Assembly (NCBI GenBank): GCA_043228905.1 | Contig: JBHGNT010000011.1 | Location: 21,824,001-21,888,000 of the forward strand | Source: Azolla caroliniana | Taxonomy: Eukaryota > Plantae > Polypodiophyta | Direction: 5' to 3' | Length of the DNA: 64,000 bases | Shown here: positions 1 through 12,608 of the stretch, piece by piece | Layout of the letters: each line of letters starts with the position of its first letter | How positions within the stretch are numbered: the stretch's first letter is position 1 | Notes under the pieces: generated by a model | Database searches by the model: none | The model's input: only the letters and a program-made list of their open reading frames with translations | Told to the model about the DNA's origin: nothing | Made by a program: the position numbers and the translations under genes

Positions 1-47
1 ACAAGAGAAGAGAACGGGAAGCATCTGTGTCATTTTCTCGAACTTAC

Positions 48-327
48 CTTTTTGTTGATCGTGAACTTCTGCTCCTTCTGCAGATTCATCAGAGAAGAAA
101 TCTTTCAGAAGCTTAAGCATCCATTGACCAATCCCATTGACTTGAGAAGCTTCTCTGAGGTTACAGATAGGGTTCTTGCTATCACACACATTCCTGTAGG
201 CCTTTGTGAGCGTAGCATCCAACTTCTCTCTGTACCCTTCCTTTTTTGCCACGAGCTCTTCACGCTTCTGCAGGATGTAGAGAGCAAGAGGTTCGTTCTG
301 TGAGCATGCCACATGAAAAGAATTCAT
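48..327 (-). CDS. MUS81: Crossover junction endonuclease MUS81, first coding exon; gene continues off the left edge
   Basis: ATG at 327 reads MNSFHVACSQNEPLALYILQKREELVAKKEGYREKLDATLTKAYRNVCDSKNPICNLREASQVNGIGQWMLKLLKDFF, matching the recalled plant MUS81 N-terminal helix-hairpin-helix region. The exon ends at a G|GTAAG donor (48/47). Confidence 0.85.
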
Positions 328-627
328 CTCCGCGTTTCTAATAGATTAAGAATTGAATCTCCATTCGAGAAAAACCATTGGCAGCTGCAGCATCGATAAT
401 GCTCTTGCTATTTCATGTACTCCCTCCTGCCTTCCAGCATTGTTCTACTGCAACATGAACATTTTAGAGATTTTCCAATGTGGGAAAATTGTCTGGTTTC
501 TCTCATGTTTCCCTACATTGTTCAACATTGTAAGCTGCTCTTGAGGATTTCCAGGAGTCTCTGCATAGCTAGCCCAGCCTCGCCTACAGAAGTTCATAAG
601 ACATTTGTCAAAATCGGCAATGTGGAA

Positions 628-975
628 TAATAGTGGAACGATGTCTCAAGACTTCTTGTGCAGAGTGCTACATGACTTATAATGATTGAAAACTTCATAA
701 TAGTGGAACAATGTCTCAAGGTTTCGTGTGCAGAGTGTTACATAACTTATAACAATAGAAAACTTAATAGTAGTGGAACAATGTCTCAAGACTTCATGTG
801 CAGAATGCTACATGACTTATAACGATAGAAAACTTAATCATAGTGGAACAATGTCTCAAGACTTCATCTGCAGAATGCTACATGACTTATAACAATAGGA
901 AACTTAATAATAGTGGAGCAATGTCTCAAGACTTCGTGTGCAGAATGCTACAAGAGTTATAACGATAGAAAATTT
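628..975. repeat. 70-bp tandem repeat, about 5 copies
   Basis: Unit TAGTGGAACAATGTCTCAAGACTTCRTGTGCAGARTGCTACATGACTTATAAC... starts at 631, 701, 771, 841 and 911. Confidence 0.95.
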
Positions 976-1675
976 GTATAGAGGTCTTTGGAAAGTTCAT
1001 AGTATTGCTCGAGTATCTTGAACGACTACACAATTTGAATAGGAGTGCAATCATAATGGGAAGATGTCTTCTTGTGCGTATTGCTACTTCACTTACAGCA
1101 GAAACGTTCTTAAAGTTCATTGTATTCTCGAGGGCCACATACTTCAACAGGAAGGGAGCACATTCCACTCCAAATCCAAAATCTTACCAGAAACCACCTC
1201 AATCATCAGATTACCAGCATTTTTTGCTCCAAATCCCGGTTTAATTATCACAGACAATCTCGATGATCAGATATTTCACCAACATTGAGCGCTTTAGACA
1301 AGTGGACAAAACCATATGACAAAACAAATTCAATGAATAGACAGTGATCAAATACAGGAAAGAAAGAATGACTTTCCACTGGGAAACCAAGATCTTGTGA
1401 AAGCCAACTTAATAAAAAAAGAGACAGATGATGCAAGATAAGAGGTCGCCTACTTGTGTAAAATCGAGAGGATCAAATATGGAGCTGAAGTCTTCTTCTG
1501 AGGTAGCTTTTCTCCGCCGACGCGACGCCTTCCCTTTTCCTCCTCCACAAAAGATATGAGAAAAGCAGAAAAAAATGCCGGAAACGGAAAGCACTGAGTG
1601 GAAAAAGAGAAGGGAAGGGAAAGAAGGGAGGGAAGGGGGGGTTTAAATGGCAGATCCATTCATCCATCCCCATAA

Positions 1676-1682
1676 ATACATA

Positions 1683-1714
<32 letters not shown>

Positions 1715-1723
1715 CAATACATA
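1676..1723. repeat. (TACA)n microsatellite
   Basis: Direct reading. Confidence 0.9.
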
Positions 1724-2563
1724 CGACAAAAATGGGTTCCTCTTCTCTGTCTTCTTGTCCACCAACAAAGACCGCATCCCATTCACTACCTCAATTCCAA
1801 TGCTTTGCTTTGCTTGGTTGCTTGCATGGTGTTTGTGGCCAAGGTTTTCCCTTTGGTGTTGGCTCCGAGAACATGACACAACTGTCTACCTACCCGACTT
1901 TCAATGTGGTGGCAACATTATGTTTTCGACCAAAGACATGACATATGTATGTGAAAGAAGTAAAAGGTTCACCAGGAGCTTCCACCTTCAACAAAAAGGG
2001 GGATGAAGGTGAGGATGTGAACAACAATAACCACGATGGGCGGGGAATGGTTGCATCTGAAATATATATACATATGGAAAGTAGTGCGAGGAGACAACTT
2101 TATGGGAAGTGTTAATAACAAACAATTATAAGCCTCTCTAACATAAGCACTCGGTGAAACTTTGTAAGGATATCGATAGGAGAGAAACACAAATATTGGC
2201 TTGAAAGCACATTGTGAAGGGTAGTAGTAGTAGATTGTGTGGGGCATGTGGTGTATATGCCATCTAGAGAGCGAGTTTACGTGAGACAGGTGTCATGTGG
2301 TCGACCAAGGTGTGTGGGCATCATTGGATTTATTCTTATTTATAGGTCATTTTGGCCTCCTAAAAGACGTTAATACATATATCTTTCTTTCTCTCTCACT
2401 CAAAAGGAGATACTAATTCTTACTATTATTATTATTACTATCACTATTATTATGGATTATGATTATGATTATTATTATGTCCTCTCGAATCTGGGAATCT
2501 CTGCCGGATGAAGCAAAAGATTCAATCGAAGCAGAGGCAGATAGAGACATACAGACATTAGGC

Positions 2564-2603
<40 letters not shown>

Positions 2604-2613
2604 CAATCAATCT

Positions 2614-3579
2614 ATGGCTTCTTCCTCCTCTATCCCCATCTTCGTATGGCCTCTCATTCCCCCTCTTCCTTCTGCAAACGATAAGATGCTCCCCGTCATC
2701 TCTTCCCTCGCCATCTTCTTCTGCATTATGATCTCCTTTCACATCTTCAACAAACTATGGAGACAGATCAGAAGAAGAAGAATACGAAGGGTTGACTCAT
2801 CAACTACCCCTGCTAGACAATACATGGATTTCTCACAAGAGACAACGAAGATCACACGGCCCTCGGGCCTAAACAAAGAGGTCATTGAATCATTGCCAAT
2901 ATTTACATACACAGGCCTTGCGGTCGAGGAAGGAGATAAAAAAGAAAAAGAAAAAGAGAAAGTGAAAGTGAAAGAGGATTCCATTAACGAATGCTCTGTT
3001 TGTCTCTCAGAATTTCAAGAAAATGAGGAATGCAGACTTCTTCCCCGATGTAGACATAGTTTCCACACAAGATGCATCGACACGTGGTTCTTGTCGAATT
3101 CTACTTGCCCTCTTTGCCGTATGAATGCCAATCCCTTTGCTTCTTCAGAAAACGATAAAACAAGTAGGTTTAATTCTACTACCACTTTTCATGGTGATAA
3201 TGATAGAAGCAGGCTAAGTTTAGAGGCCAGTTTTCTTTCTAATTCTCGAGGCCACCGACATGAACCAAATTCTAGATTTGACACCATTTTCCATGATGAT
3301 GATTCCAATGAAAGCAACCTAGGTCATACAACCTTGGTCAGTATTAGGGATGGAGAGGGCTCTCGAAGGTCCATATTATCTTACTCGGTCCCAAGCACAA
3401 GGGACCGGGTTCAATTCCCAGCAAATGTACTCTTCTGGGGCAATGACTTTCAAGTGAACTCTCGCTTGGATTTGGAGCATGTAATTGTTAATATTTCTCA
3501 ACCACAAATCTCTTCTTCGATCACTTTTGGTTGCTCCAACCTTACACGAGATATTTCGCAAATACTTAGACAACCCTAA
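2614..3579 (+). CDS. ATL-family RING-H2 E3 ubiquitin ligase, intronless
   Basis: N-terminal hydrophobic segment and basic stretch, GLD-like motif ([11 protein letters not shown]), RING-H2 CSVCLSEF...[26 protein letters not shown], and an FPANVLFWG motif. Confidence 0.93.
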   Translation: MASSSSIPIFVWPLIPPLPSANDKMLPVISSLAIFFCIMISFHIFNKLWRQIRRRRIRRVDSSTTPARQYMDFSQETTKITRPSGLNKEVIESLPIFTYTGLAVEEGDKKEKEKEKVKVKEDSINECSVCLSEFQENEECRLLPRCRHSFHTRCIDTWFLSNSTCPLCRMNANPFASSENDKTSRFNSTTTFHGDNDRSRLSLEASFLSNSRGHRHEPNSRFDTIFHDDDSNESNLGHTTLVSIRDGEGSRRSILSYSVPSTRDRVQFPANVLFWGNDFQVNSRLDLEHVIVNISQPQISSSITFGCSNLTRDISQILRQP

Positions 3580-4212
3580 TTAACCAACCTCAATCATGTC
3601 GAGCCTCGCCACATTGTATAATATGACATTGTGACTGAAAACCATTCAGAATCACACTTCAATGGATCATCTCTTCATCAAAAAAAAATTGAAATTAACA
3701 TATTATGTCAGCACATCATCTTTCTACGCATACTACTAGTAAGCCTTGAAAACAGAACCCTCAACACTTGAGAAACATTAAAGATACCACTCTTTATATA
3801 TTTCTGTGATATTGGGTAATTAACACATGAATTGTATGGCCAAAGGCAAGTCTCATAATTATCGAGTAAATGAATCTTCTTATCATAATTCTATACATCA
3901 AATTGCCCTGTACATTGGTAGTTGGAAGTACTCGGACTATACTGCCAAAGAACTACGCATGAATCCATAAAGGATGGATCTCTTTGAATTCATATCCTTT
4001 TTAATAAGAACCACATCTTTGTTATTTGACAATGTACATAATTCAATTATAGAGACCAGTGAATAAAGCATTGTCAAACTTTGGGAACCTGAAATCAACT
4101 CTTAATAAGCATTTCTTCCGTTTACCTCTCATCCACTGTGTTCCTATAAATTACCGTTACAATATATAGTGTGGAAACTTTGGGTTCAACAGCATTAATA
4201 CGCTATTTTTCT

Positions 4213-6387
4213 TTAATCACGCATCCTTAAAGGGATCAGTGCCATATACATACATTGAATTTCAACAACATGCTGAAAAGCATATTCATCAATATTGGTA
4301 TTGCCATGATTTCTACAAGCACCCAATAAACTCATCCAGACTTCAGCATCCGGTTGAACAGGCATATACCTAATAGCATCAACCGCCTCATCCAATAGAC
4401 CAACACGACCTAAGACATCCACCACACAAGCATAGTGATCAGTTGTTGGGGTAAGACCAAATAATGAAGACATTAAATAGAATACATGATAGGCTTCACA
4501 TACTAAACCAGAGTGATTGCAAGCATAGAGAACCACGATAAAAGTGATAAGATCAGGCATCATATTATTCCGCATACAATCGAAGAGCATTAAACTATCC
4601 ATGGATAGACCCTGTTGAGCATATCCGCCAATCATACTATTCCAAGTTACAATGTTTTTACCCGATATATAATTAAAAGTGTAATTTGCCTCCTTCATAG
4701 CTCCACATTTCACATACATATCAATGAGGGCACTCTTGACATAAATGTCCACATTCGGGCTGCATTCCATGATGAGATTATGAACTTGCATACCATAATC
4801 TAACATTGCCATCGCTGCACATACTTTAAGAATGCTAGACAATGTAATAGAATCTGGCTGTGGACCTTCTTGTTGCATCTCTTCAAACACCACAAAAGCC
4901 TCATGGAAAAGCTCAAGCTGTGCATATCCAGTAATTATCGTATTCCATGACACTACATCATGATTCTGCATTTTCTTAAACAATTCATGTGCTTGATCAG
5001 AAAAACCAGAAGAAAAGTGTGTTCCTAAAAGTGCATTATATAAGCATATCTGTGATTTATATCCTGTTCCAGTAATCCGGACATGTAGCTGCTTCTGAAG
5101 GGTTCCATTGGAATTAACTTTTAGCATGCCCAAGATTGTGACATGATCAGGTAAGAAACACCTCTCTTGCATATCCTCAAAAAGTCTTTGGGCAATGTAA
5201 CAATCACCATGGGAAGCATACCCTGCAATCATTGTGTTCCAAATAGGAGTATTAAGATTCGTTTCTTTTATCTCATCAAACACTTTCCATGCCAGAATTA
5301 GGTTTCCACATTCTGTATACATGCAAATGAGGCTGCTCAATAGAAGTGCATCTAGCTCACAGTGCGTACTGACAATAGAGACATGGATTTGTTTTCCTTC
5401 TTCAGTAAACATAAGACTAGTGCATACTTGTATTGCGGTTGAAAACACAACATTGTCACATTTCAAACCTTCTTGTTGTTGCATTTGCTTAAAAAGAAAG
5501 AAGGCCTCTTCATGTAAACCTTGACGTGCATATGCTGATATAATAATTGTCCACGATACAACATTTCTTTCCTGCATTAAACTGAATGTTTGATGAGCAT
5601 GCTTAATATCACCACACTTTGAATACATGTCAACTATAGCATTTCCAACATTTATATTGTTTTCGACATCAAGATTTCGCGTATTATTTTTCATATTGAG
5701 AGATCTAAAACGGCTTTTATTGCATTGAAAATGACCCCCATGGAGGAGAAGGAGATGAACTCTCTTTCCTCTCTCTACTGATCCCACGCTACCACATGCT
5801 GTGAACATACTTACGAAAGTGACCTCATTTGGTAGAATTCCTTTAACCATCATCTCTTGAAACCGAGTGATGGCTTCTTCAGAGAGATTTACTGCTACAT
5901 AACCAGCAATGAGAGATGTCCAGGACACCACATCATCAACAACATTATCACGCATCTTATAAAATAAAAGCAATGCTTCATCAATATGACCACATTTCAT
6001 ATACATGTCAATCATGCTGTTTCCTACAAATCCATCCTTTTCGAGATTCCTTTCAACAATCTGGACATGAATCTTCCTTCCGACGTCTACATCTTGTAAA
6101 ACAGTGCATGTTTTGAGCATAACAATGAACGTAACCTTATCAGGGACCACTTCTGCACAGAGCATCTGTTGAAAAACCCGAAAACACTCGGCAGAAAACT
6201 CTCTTTTTCTAGAATATGCAGAGATGAGAGACGTCCATGACACGACAGAGTTACTATGATGAGGCAGTGAATCAGACAAGTTGCGAGCATCTTGCACTCT
6301 ACCACACCTGGGACGAATCTGCAAATGGGAAGTTTGTTCAAGGAACTCCGATTTCTGAGTATGGATGATAGACGCGAAAGGAAACAT
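4213..6387 (-). CDS. PLS-class pentatricopeptide repeat protein with partial E domain, no DYW
   Basis: Repeated VVSWT/N and LIDMYxKCG motifs; E region HYACVVDVLGRVG...MPVQPDAEVWMSLLGACRNHGN. First ATG is at 6387; the ORF-track start at 6408 is TTG. Confidence 0.9.
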   Translation of the reverse strand: MFPFASIIHTQKSEFLEQTSHLQIRPRCGRVQDARNLSDSLPHHSNSVVSWTSLISAYSRKREFSAECFRVFQQMLCAEVVPDKVTFIVMLKTCTVLQDVDVGRKIHVQIVERNLEKDGFVGNSMIDMYMKCGHIDEALLLFYKMRDNVVDDVVSWTSLIAGYVAVNLSEEAITRFQEMMVKGILPNEVTFVSMFTACGSVGSVERGKRVHLLLLHGGHFQCNKSRFRSLNMKNNTRNLDVENNINVGNAIVDMYSKCGDIKHAHQTFSLMQERNVVSWTIIISAYARQGLHEEAFFLFKQMQQQEGLKCDNVVFSTAIQVCTSLMFTEEGKQIHVSIVSTHCELDALLLSSLICMYTECGNLILAWKVFDEIKETNLNTPIWNTMIAGYASHGDCYIAQRLFEDMQERCFLPDHVTILGMLKVNSNGTLQKQLHVRITGTGYKSQICLYNALLGTHFSSGFSDQAHELFKKMQNHDVVSWNTIITGYAQLELFHEAFVVFEEMQQEGPQPDSITLSSILKVCAAMAMLDYGMQVHNLIMECSPNVDIYVKSALIDMYVKCGAMKEANYTFNYISGKNIVTWNSMIGGYAQQGLSMDSLMLFDCMRNNMMPDLITFIVVLYACNHSGLVCEAYHVFYLMSSLFGLTPTTDHYACVVDVLGRVGLLDEAVDAIRYMPVQPDAEVWMSLLGACRNHGNTNIDEYAFQHVVEIQCMYMALIPLRMRD

Positions 6388-7160
6388 CTCTATATCTTCC
6401 CTCTGCAATCCTCAAATGTTCTCTATACAATACTTCTGCGCAACGGATCTTCTTCCTCCATAACACCTTCTATCCGTATCCTCTCGCATTACAAAAATAT
6501 TTACTTACCCATCCATACATTCTCACTGCATTCATTCCCTACATCAAATCTCAACAAAATTCTTTCTACAACGAGTGTCTCTCAATATTCTATCTACAAT
6601 CGTCACAAAATATTTCTGTCTCCAGTGTCACATATTTCTATCTACAATCCTCGAATTGACTTTCCTCTCTACAGGATCATAATCTTCTGTCTACAATCCT
6701 CAAATCAATCATGGACTCTCTACAAAATCTCACTTCATTTCATTTGGAAATCTCACATCTGCAAATATATTCATAGTGTATACAATAATCATCACAAAGG
6801 ATCTAAAATGGGACATACGATATAATGAGTAGAATTATTCTATTGTGTTTGCAATACTATCAAGTAATTCAAACGAGATAGCGAGTGAAAACTAAATGTA
6901 ATACATTGATGTAGAACATAATGAAGAATCTTTTACATTATTCCAATTATCCTAATTCCAATACAGTTGTGATCGAAATAAGTTGCTTTCTTTGATGGCA
7001 TTCTTTTAGCGTGTAAACAATACTTCTTTCAGTAGAGAAGTCTGCTTCACAAATTCAAATCACTCACTTTCTCTCAATATAAAGAGTCATCCTTCCCCTC
7101 TCTCGCCCATGAGCTATGGGGATTGTACATATAATAGACAATAAAAACAATCTTGTATGA

Positions 7161-10042
7161 TCAAATAGTAGGGGCACTCAATGATGCCACAGATCCAAAT
7201 TTCTCCTGCGAGTATTTCCTTCTCACAACAGTAAGATCCCCCTCTCCTGATTTCTCGTGCAAGGCAACCATCTTTCTCGCACAGTCACTGCATCAAAGTT
7301 CAAAATGATGATGGTTTCAGTCACATGAATTTTCGCTGATATCATATGGAATGGAATGCATTCTAAATAAATAGTATGAAAGCTTTAAATACTACTTAAA
7401 TAGCAAACAGAATGCAGAAAAGGGAGAAAAAAGAGATACATGAGCTGTGATTCTGAATAGCCAGAATGATGCTTCAACAGTTGGGTCCAGCAATCTTCTT
7501 TGGATTTTTTCAGTGTGTTCTGAGCAGTGTAGACAGCTGAGGCAGCAATCATCGAGGGAGTAAATTTCACCATCTCGTAGCTAACCAGGCATAACTCGAC
7601 ATAGAAGAAAGCCAACATCTCTAGCTGAAAATATACAATGTCTTGTGAGTAATATTGCACCTGGTCTTTCAAGGGGGTGTGGGTACAATATAAAAGAGAT
7701 TCACAAAGAGAGAGAAAAAAAGACAGAGACAGAGAAGATAGTTACCTTATGGTCTGATTTAGCAGCTTTCAGGAATCGCACAATAAACATGTACGGTGTG
7801 GGAACACATAAGTTGAATTTCAAAACGTTCAGAATATTTTTCTCCTATTTATATACAAAAGCCCATAAGTTAGCTCCCGGTGTCTACAAAACACAACAAA
7901 CAACTGAGCAAAATGTTCTCACCATGCTCAGGATCTGCTCCCGCGTATATGCATTATCTGATATGTAAACAAAGTCTTTGACCTGTATGTTAAAATGAAA
8001 TAGTTATTCTGGAATACAAAAACGTGGATAGTCACAAGCTGTAAACCCTAAATGTTCATCAATTATAAGTACCTCAGGTGCCCATATCTCTTCATACTTG
8101 GATGCAATGAGAAGGGCAGTCATACCCACTAATTGTAAGTTCTTTCGTTCCACATTTTGAGTGCCCAGATAACGGTCCATCACGTTGGTAGTGAGAAACA
8201 AGGTTTCCGGCATCAATTTAAACTTCAAATGAACCTGGACACATTGACAGATGAACCCTGAATCAAAACAACCCAAACGCACACAGAAACAATTGATGCA
8301 TGTCTCTAAATTGAGGTAGCCAAATGGTTCACCTCAATTAACCAGTCCACCAGGATAGCCCTCATATTATAATTGATGCTGGTTTGCCTCGTCATGTAGT
8401 CAGGTGAAACACAGCTTTGATCCTTCAGATGACAAACAATGAAACGTCATTACACACTACAATTTATGTCCTCAGAATTGCGCCATCAACATTAAAGAAT
8501 GGATATGTACATACCTCAGTTTTGCGATAGAAGCTGTAAATGTCTTCAATGTAGTCTACGACAGCCAACTGGTTTCCCACATCGTCAGCATCAATATTGG
8601 GTAATTCTTCTTGTTTCTTTTGCATAAACCCACCACATACAGCCTGTTAGAAACAGAAGCGCGTGTTAACCCAATATTGTGGAAATTTTCACCGCTTTTT
8701 AAGGAGTAATTCAAAAGCCCCAGGAATATGAAAGCTTAACAAAACGTGCAGACAAGCATTCCTAAGCTCTCCTGTACCTCACTGCGGGCAGTTAGGGTTG
8801 ATGTAAGGGTGCGTGCCCTTCTGTCTTTCGCTGCTGCAAGAGCTTTGATGTTCTTTGCTACAGCCACATCTTTAAGTTCCTCCTTCGCTTGCTACAAACA
8901 TAACATTTTATATGTTTTTTGATTATGATATGCCAACGGTAATGATATAACCACAATGTTTTATGTGTGACATTAGTGATATGTTACATCACACTAATAT
9001 GATAAGACTGATATTGGTACCTGAACAGAAACCGAATTTGCAGCAGTAAGACATTTCTTGTTAGCTAATTGTGCTCCAAAGCTTCTGCCAAAATAAAAAA
9101 TTATTCTGAATACATCAATATTGTTTATCTTTAATCTACGTCATCCACAGAGATGGTGGGAACATGGACAAACCTTGTAATAGGTCTTTCCACCGCAGGT
9201 AAGGCTTTCTTTGCTACCCTGGAATTTAGCGAAAATGACACGAACGCATGAGAAAGACAATTCTTTTCGTCTTTTTTACGCACAGTTTATAATTACACAA
9301 TTGCAGCATCAGCTTACTCAGAGTCATTATTTGGACGAACAAGATTTCCAATGTCACCCAGAGCTCTCCTGTTGTTTACCTTAATATTTCCATTCCCTGT
9401 AATAAAACCATGGGCATTACTTAATGCTTCAGAGAGAAAGGAATCTGTGCATACATATCCTGAATTAAAGATCGTGGTGTAGAATTGGAGTCGTATGCCA
9501 CGTTTTTCTTCAGGAGTAACGAAGACTTAAAGCACAAAGCCAAACGTGGCTTTCGGAAACATAACAATTCAAAAGGAAAGCCAATTTCCAAAGGGTAGGG
9601 TACAAAAGCACAGATCTGTATGATGTGCTTTGTCGGATAAAATGATGTGCGGAATCACAATTCTCAGGCGATGCAGATGCAAAACATAGATCTAGATCAA
9701 AAGTTTACACGTAGCGTTGAATAAACACAAACCTATGTCAAATAAACAGAATCATGTGGTTTATTATATCTTCGCAATGCAAGGGACTTAGAAGATGTTA
9801 ACATCCTTAAAGATGATGAAATAAATAAATAAGAACATATAATTATGTGCTACCTTTCACTGCAACAGGTTTTGAGCCGTCTCCACCATGTTTAGTGTTC
9901 TCATCAAGGTGCAGGGACGCATGCTGGGGCTGTACGTATATTTTAGGACAGCAAAGAAAGTAAATTACGGGAACTGTGAGATAAAAACCATTCCTGGAAT
10001 TAGAAGGTGAAGGAAAACAGAACTTACTCTGGTCTGAAACAT
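7161..10042 (-). CDS. CYCB1: G2/mitotic B1-type cyclin, 13 exons, about 414 aa
   Basis: GT-AG exons 10028-10042, 9854-9929, 9318-9396, 9174-9218, 9021-9084, 8778-8891, 8515-8643, 8333-8422, 8073-8234, 7923-7982, 7746-7844, 7440-7624, 7161-7287 join in frame. Contains D-box [39 protein letters not shown] and KYEEIWAP. Confidence 0.93.
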
Positions 10043-10334
10043 GGTGAGCGAATCTGAAGACGTGTGAAGGAAGGGGCTAAAGAAGACGAAGCACGGGAAA
10101 GAAAACGAAGGAAGAAAGACAGGAATTATGAGAGAAGCGAGGCGAAAAAGAAGGGCGCAGAAAACCGAAGCAGGACGATGATTGTTGCCTTCTTCTTCTT
10201 CGTCTTCGTCTTCTTCGTTCCTCGTTCTTCTGTTTTTCCTGAGCGAAGAAGAACGAGAGGGAAATGCAGAAGACGATCGATGAATTTGTTTACTTTAAAA
10301 CACGGGGGGGGGGGGGGGGGAGAGGAGAGAGGGG

Positions 10335-10420
10335 TTAACGGCTATTATTCCTGAAACGCATCGTAGCCGTCCATCTCCTCCGCTGCATCCGACGGTCATC
10401 TACCCCCCCGTATAACGGCC
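10335..10420. promoter_or_regulatory. Cluster of MSA-like (AACGG core) elements upstream of the cyclin B
   Basis: TTAACGGCT (core 10337-41), TGGACGGCT on minus (~10365-73), TCCGACGGTC (~10388-97) and ATAACGGCC (core 10414-18). Confidence 0.7.
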
Positions 10421-11799
10421 TCTTGTCGTCGTAAATGAAGGATGGGAGGGGGCCTGACCGCATTTTGTCTCTACGGAACTAAAAGGGTGTCCACTAACCT
10501 TAGAATTAACTCTATAGTCAGAATTAGTAGCCACGGTTAGACACCACATAACCCCTAGTGGCGAACCAACAAGTAATTCTTGATGAACCACCCGTAGCTC
10601 CACTACTCAATAGCCATACATGTCTTGGTTGAGGGATATATCTGTATATTATCGATTCGTCCTCACTTCACTCTTTCCGGGATGATTGAATTAGGGGCAG
10701 GATTTGAGAAAACAAGAAAACAAATCGTGGTATTTTCGACCCACGGACAAATACTCGAGTCTCGTATATTTGCAATTTGTTCCTTCATTCTCATAACACC
10801 TCATTGAGGAGGAACGTTTGTGGACCCATTTGTATGAAGGGGTGCTTTTCTATAATGTTCTAAGAGAGAGGGAATATTTTCCATCTCGTTTTAATATGAA
10901 AGGAGAAAGAGGACCACGACAAACTAGAAGGGCACATCTACTCTGGTCATCGTGATAATCTGTCTTGTTATGGTTTTCATGCACCTTTACCATAATAAGG
11001 CTGGCTCAAGTAGGCAAGCATGGTGGCCTCTAGCACCTTAAGGGTTTTGGGGTTTGAAAATAAATATTTGGTGAACCTTAATGATATTAAGCACACTATC
11101 TCAAAGGTAAGTTAACATATTCTAAATGATGAGACGAAGTTAATTTGTGTTGTGTGAATAAACCATCAAAAATCAAAGTACCAAAATATCATTGATACAA
11201 ATCATCTTTACAACTCCTAATGGAGTAGATTGATGAGGGATCAATCTTTTTAAGATTCAATGAACGTCTTTATGATCTAGTTGCCTGGAGGGGTTTAGTA
11301 AGTGATGTTGATCACTTCCAAAAGCAAAGTTGTGGTCATGCACATGCATCATAAGAACATTACAATTTTCCGTCATTAGGTGTGTTCCAAACTCTTCCCA
11401 TTTGGGTTCATATGTTTGGCAAGTCTACAATAGAATCTAAATTCACAAGTGCCACTTTGTAAGGACACTAAGACTCTCGTCTATTTAAGGTAAACAAATT
11501 GCTTCTAAACTCTAAGATCCAATGATGACAAGAAAGTTAGCACTAGGAAAATATACCATTTCTTTAGCAAGTAAAGTTTTATCTCACTAGACAACTTGAG
11601 ATACAAGACATTTGAAAAATCCTCTTCTTTAAGGCACACCACAACAAAACTCAGAAGGATGGAAGGATCGAGAACCCATACTTTGAAGTTTGAATATTAT
11701 ATTCCCATTGCCTTTAAAAGGGCACTCTACTGTTTTCAATAATCCTTAGATTGTGAAACCAATGCCAATGTCAATCTTGAAGAGTTGTCTTCCTATCTC

Positions 11800-12128
11800 A
11801 AATCACTGATTTTTATTGAATCTATTGCTCCAACTTGAGCCAACAAAGTATCATCATGACCACAAGCTTTACCATTACACCAACATGGTCACAAAGGAAG
11901 CACTTGATTTTATGAACATCAAAGTCTATTAAATGGTGCTTTAGCTCACAAAATCTTCTTACTCTCACTCACGAGAGTAATTGGAGGCTCCAACTTCTTA
12001 TCATCAAATTCTACTTCACTAACTATTTGTTCCTTTTATTTATTGTGCATCAATCAATGGGGCATGACATCCTAATTCATTGGGTTTGAGTTCCAGAAAA
12101 AAACTAAAATGATATTATTCAATCAAAT
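11800..12128 (-). mobile_element. Highly degenerate LINE ORF1-like remnant
   Basis: Minus strand gives HHLIDFDVHKIKCFLCDHVG, resembling a zinc knuckle; many stops and uncertain boundaries. Confidence 0.35.
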
Positions 12129-12144
12129 AATGTAAATTTTGCTC

Positions 12145-12608
12145 TGATAAGAATGAGGATGCTATACAACTCTATCTTCAAATGCTTGTGCAAGGCCTCT
12201 TACCTCATATGATGACATTTTCTGGTATGTTGAAACCATGTGGCAACATGGGAGATATACAGAAAGAGAAAGGGAACAACTTCCATGTTCAAATTTCCTC
12301 ACAAAACATGGAGGCACAGAAACAAGTGCCCTTATTTGAGAAGTATGCTTGAAGCTTGTCGTTGCCATAAGACAAGCAAGAAGTCTTTTTGAATGATCTA
12401 GTTTAATTTCGAGATATGCTCGAAACGTAGAAACTGTGCAGAAAACATTTAGCACAATTATGGTTTCAAATATCGTCTCATGGAATGCACTCAAAAGAGG
12501 CTATAGAGACTATGGATATGCCGAGGAGGTGTTGTATTAGTTTTGATATGTATATTGTTCCTTTAATTTTAATACCAATGGAGGATATTTTTTATGGAAA
12601 AAAAAAAA
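12145..12608 (+). pseudogene. Retroposed PPR fragment with poly(A) tail and TSD
   Basis: Encodes AIQLYLQMLVQGLLPHMMTFSGMLKPCG and NIVSWNALKRGY with stops. A11 at 12598-12608. Flanked by AATGTAAATTTTGCTC at 12129-12144 and 12607-12622. Confidence 0.85.

Noticed and set aside
105-314. ORF-track 69-aa and 83-aa ORFs
   Set aside because: They are an alternative frame and the antisense of the MUS81 exon.
628-975. CRISPR-like reading of the 70-bp repeat
   Set aside because: The whole unit repeats with no unique spacers, no cas genes are present, and the context is eukaryotic.
10294-10299. TTTAAA as a CHR-like cell-cycle element
   Set aside because: Too common in AT-rich DNA to support on its own.
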